DNA of 64,000 nucleotides from an uncultured Planctomycetaceae bacterium (GTDB lineage Bacteria; Planctomycetota; Planctomycetia; Planctomycetales; Planctomycetaceae): NCBI GenBank assembly GCA_963813715.1, contig CAWFAK010000008.1, positions 320,001 to 384,000 of the forward strand, read 5' to 3'. Shown piece by piece: positions 60,493 to 64,000 of this stretch (position 1 is its first letter; each line of letters starts with the position of its first letter). The notes under the pieces were generated by a model. It saw only the letters and a program-made list of their open reading frames with translations, ran no database searches and was not told where the DNA came from. The position numbers and the translations under genes were made by a program.

Positions 60493-62029
60493 TTAGAACA
60501 CGAGCCACGGGCCCGGGTTCTCGATTCCCTGCCGCAGGGTCGCCAGAAACTTCGCCGCGGGGGCGCCGTCAACGATGCGGTGGTCGAAAGTCAGGCTGAG
60601 CACCATCTGGTCGCGCGGCACGATCTGGTCGCCGACGACCGCCGGCCGTTTTTCGATTCGTCCGAGGCCCAGGATTGCGCACTGCGGGACGTTCAGGATC
60701 GGCGTGAAGGCGTCGATGCCGTAAGCACCAGGTTGCTGATCGTGAACGTGCCTCCGGTGAGGTCGGCGGGGACGAGCCGGCCCGATTCGGCGCGTAGCGT
60801 CAGGTCGGCCAGGTGCGCGGCAACTTCGCGAAGTCCGAGCGCGGCCACGTCGTGGACCACCGGAGCGAGGAGACCGGCGGGCGTGTCGACGGCGACGGCA
60901 ATGTGGATCCCCGGCGGCGTCTCGATCCGGCCGTCGATCCACTGCTGATTGAGCTGCGGATGCTCGGCAAGCGCCGGGCCGCCAGCTTCGTGATGAAGGC
61001 GAGATAGCCCGGCGTCACGGCGTCCCCGGTGCTTGCGGCAGTCACAGCCGACTTGAATTGGGCCCGCAGGCTGACGAGGTTGGTAGCGTCCGCCGTCGTC
61101 GTCAGGGTGACGGGAGCCGTCTGCTGCGAACCGGCGGCCATCCGCGCCGCGATCGTCCGCCGCAGAGCCGAGCGGGCGGCACTCTCGGCCGGCGCCGAGG
61201 CGAGAGCGCGGTGCGAGTATGCGGTTGTCGAATAGGCGGAATTTGCAACTTTCGCCGTCTTGCCGTCAGCCGCCGCCCGTATGTCGCGTTCGCGAATCCG
61301 GCCGCTCCGACCCGTGCCCGGCACGTCGCGCCAATCTAGATCGAGCTCGGCCGCAATGCGGAGTGCCCGCGGCGAGATGCGGGGCCGCGTCGCCACGGCG
61401 GTTTGCTGTCCATCCGAAGGTCCTCGCCACGACGCCTGCGCCCGTGTGACGAAACTCGGCGAGCCGGGCTCGTGCATGGGCGGACCGGCGGGAGAAATTT
61501 CGGGCTGCGAAGGACGGGGCGGCGAGATTTCCGGTCCCGGCGTGCTCGGGCCGGGCGATTTCGGCGGCGTGATTTCCGGCTCGGGAACGGCCGGCGCCGG
61601 CGTCTTCGAGGGGGCCGTTCCCGGCTTCGGCACTTCCGGACCCGGCTTCTCCGGCCGCGACGGTTTGGGCTGCGGGACTTCAGGTGTTGGCTTGGGCGAC
61701 GTCGGCTTTGGCGCCGCCGGTTTGTCCGGAGCCGGCTTGCCCGGCTCGCCGGCAAGCTGCGGTCCGGCAAACGGATCGGCCTCGTCCGCAGTCACCAGAA
61801 ACGCCAGCGTCACGCCGACGCGGACGGGTGCACCGCTTTCCGGTGCCGGCGGGGAGATTCGCAGGATGCCCGAGCCGATGGCTTCGACATCCTGGATGGC
61901 TTTGTCTCCCTCGATGGCGAAGAGCGGCTGGCCCGCTTCGACGAATTCGCCGTCGCGTTTGAGCCATTCGACGAAGGTTCCCTCTTCCATGCTCCATCCG
62001 AGCCGCGGCACTTTGATTTCAACGGGCAT
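60493..62029 (-). CDS. 2-oxoacid dehydrogenase E2, dihydrolipoamide acyltransferase (frameshifts ~60700-60980)
   Basis: Lipoyl domain EGDKA, E1/E3-binding domain GTGRSGRI and catalytic TFDHRIVDG. Confidence 0.92.
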
Positions 62030-62037
62030 GGCGCTCC

Positions 62038-64000
62038 TTACTCGTCCACGAGGTCACGGATCGCCCCGATGATCGCGGCGACATTGGGCACAACAGCCGC
62101 CTCGAGCGGCGGGCTGTAGGGGGTCGGCGTATGGACGCCGTTGAGCCGACGGATCGGCGCGTCCAAATCGTCGAATCCCCGGTCCGCGATCTGTGCGGCA
62201 ATCTCCGCGCCAACTCCGAACGGCGAGAAGGCTTCGTCCACGATCAAAAGTCGCCCGGTCTTGGCGACCGAGGCCAAAACGGTGTCGATATCGAGCGGAG
62301 CGATGGTCCGCGGATCGATCACTTCAACCGAGATCCCCTCGCCGGCTAGCGTTTCGGCCGCCTTCAGCGTGTGCTGAGCCATGAGCGCCAGCGCGACCAC
62401 GGTCACGTCCTGACCCGTTCGCAGCACGCGGGCCTGGCCGAACGGAATTTCGTAATCTCCCTCCGGCACGAGGCCTTTCACCGTCAACAGCTCGCGGTGT
62501 TCGAGGAACATCACTGGGTCGTCGGAGCGCAGGGCGTGCGTCAGGAGGCCCTTGGCGTCCGCCGGCGTCGAGGGAAGCACCACCCGCAAGCCGGGGAAGT
62601 GCGCGTACAGCGGATAATAATTGCCCGAGTGATGGGTGGCCGCCGAGTGGCCGATGCCGACGCAGCCACGCAGCAGGATGGGCATCCGCAGGCGGCCGCT
62701 GCTCATGTACTGCATCTTGGCGATCTGGTTGAGGATTTCGCCGACGGCGTCGAGGATGAAGTCGGCAAACATGAAGTCGATCACCGGTCGCGTGCCGACC
62801 ATCGCCGCGCCGCCCCCCAGGCCAACAAATCCCCGCTCGCAGATCGGCGTATCGCACAGACGATCGGCCCCGTAGCGATCGTACAGGCCGAAGGTCGTGC
62901 GGAAGTTGCCCCCCCGTTTGCCGATGCCTTCGCCCATGACAAAGATCTTCGAGTCGGCCTCCATGGCGGACGAGAGGGCTTCGAGTGTCGCCTGCATCCA
63001 GTTGGCCGAGCGCTCGGTCTCGGGCGCCTGACTGTTAGCGGTTGACGCGTCGACCGGCTTCGCCGGGCTGAAGACGTGCTCGGCCGCCGTTGCTGGCTCA
63101 GGCCACGGACTGGCCTCGGCAAAGCGGACCGCCTCGGCAGTCGTCTCGGCGATCTCGGCATTGATGGCTGTGAGCTGCCCGGCATTCGCCTGGCCCTCCT
63201 CGCATATCGTGCGACCGAGGCGGACGATCGGGCAGCGGCCCTTCCAGCCGTCGACTTCTTCCCGCGTGCGATAGCCAAAATCGCCCATTCCCTCCGCGTG
63301 CGGCCGCGTGCGATACGTTTTGCATTCCAAGAGCGTCGCCCCCTGGCCGGAGCGGGCGCGGGCGACCGCCTCACCCGCCGCGTCGAAGACCGCCAGCACG
63401 TCGTTGCCGTCGACTTCGATCCCAGCCAGGCCGTACGCGGCGGCGCGGCCCGCCACGCTGGCGTTCCCGCTCGAGTAGCTGAAGGGGACTTCGGTGGCGT
63501 ACTGGTTGTTTTCGCAGACAAAGAGAACGGGCAGCTTCCAGATGGCGGCCATGTTGAGGCCCTCGTGGAAGGCCCCGTTGTTGACCGCCCCGTCGCCAAA
63601 GAACGCGACGGCCACTCGGTCGCATTTGAGAATCTTGAAGCCGTAGCCCGCGCCGGTCGCCTGGAGAATAGACGGCCCGACGATGCCGCTGGTTCCCATC
63701 ATCCCAACTTCGGGGGAGAACAGGTGCATGCTGCCGCCACGACCCCGCGAGCAGCCCGTCGAACGGCCGAACAGCTCGGCGATTAGCTGGCGGGGCTCCA
63801 AACCTTTGGCCAGCGCGTGCCCGTGACCGCGGTGGGTGCTGAAGACGACGTCGTCGATCCGCAGATGGGCACAGACGCCGGCTGCAATCGCCTCCTGGCC
63901 GACGTAGGTGTGGCAGGCCCCGTGCACCAGGCCCCGCTGATGGCAGCGGGCCAGCTCCTCTTCGCACAGCCGGATCGTCTGCATCGTGCGGTAAAGACGC
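62038..64000 (-). CDS. 2-oxoacid/acetoin dehydrogenase E1, fused alpha-beta subunit (5' end outside window)
   Basis: GQEA, THRGHGH, ThDP motif GDGA...NN, then beta domain DTPICE, DFMFADF and VIDPRTIAPLD in one ORF. Confidence 0.93.
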   Translation of the reverse strand, partial: RLYRTMQTIRLCEEELARCHQRGLVHGACHTYVGQEAIAAGVCAHLRIDDVVFSTHRGHGHALAKGLEPRQLIAELFGRSTGCSRGRGGSMHLFSPEVGMMGTSGIVGPSILQATGAGYGFKILKCDRVAVAFFGDGAVNNGAFHEGLNMAAIWKLPVLFVCENNQYATEVPFSYSSGNASVAGRAAAYGLAGIEVDGNDVLAVFDAAGEAVARARSGQGATLLECKTYRTRPHAEGMGDFGYRTREEVDGWKGRCPIVRLGRTICEEGQANAGQLTAINAEIAETTAEAVRFAEASPWPEPATAAEHVFSPAKPVDASTANSQAPETERSANWMQATLEALSSAMEADSKIFVMGEGIGKRGGNFRTTFGLYDRYGADRLCDTPICERGFVGLGGGAAMVGTRPVIDFMFADFILDAVGEILNQIAKMQYMSSGRLRMPILLRGCVGIGHSAATHHSGNYYPLYAHFPGLRVVLPSTPADAKGLLTHALRSDDPVMFLEHRELLTVKGLVPEGDYEIPFGQARVLRTGQDVTVVALALMAQHTLKAAETLAGEGISVEVIDPRTIAPLDIDTVLASVAKTGRLLIVDEAFSPFGVGAEIAAQIADRGFDDLDAPIRRLNGVHTPTPYSPPLEAAVVPNVAAIIGAIRDLVDE

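Overview
High-GC bacterial chromosomal window. It is almost certainly from a planctomycete, judging by a DUF1559 protein, the dnaX-ybaB-recR-rpoN gene order, a Tat-exported Gfo/Idh/MocA protein, a redoxin-cytochrome c fusion and an N-terminally extended NuoJ. Most of it is housekeeping: SRP RNA-dnaX-ybaB-recR-rpoN, glgC, tricorn protease, yhaM-rnr, topA, a ClC channel, a complete nuoA-N complex I operon and a 2-oxoacid dehydrogenase E1(alpha-beta)/E2 pair. About 18 genes, including essential ones, carry apparent single-base frameshifts. This points to indel errors in a long-read assembly rather than pseudogenes, so no single frameshift is trusted here. The most interesting locus is a group 1h (high-affinity type) [NiFe]-hydrogenase hhySL with no adjacent maturation genes. 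It is followed on the same strand by a soluble PAS-PAS-HK-REC-Hpt hybrid kinase whose first PAS domain resembles FixL/DosP, which makes it a candidate gas-sensing module. Other highlights are a lone, lower-GC PD-(D/E)XK-like gene (possible defence), a redoxin-cytochrome c-copper monooxygenase-EF-hand fusion, an SRP RNA with a UAAC loop, a REP doublet, a sigma54 promoter and an SDR with Phe in place of the catalytic Tyr. No tRNA, rRNA, CRISPR array or transposase was seen. All family assignments come from motif recognition by eye, with no database searches.
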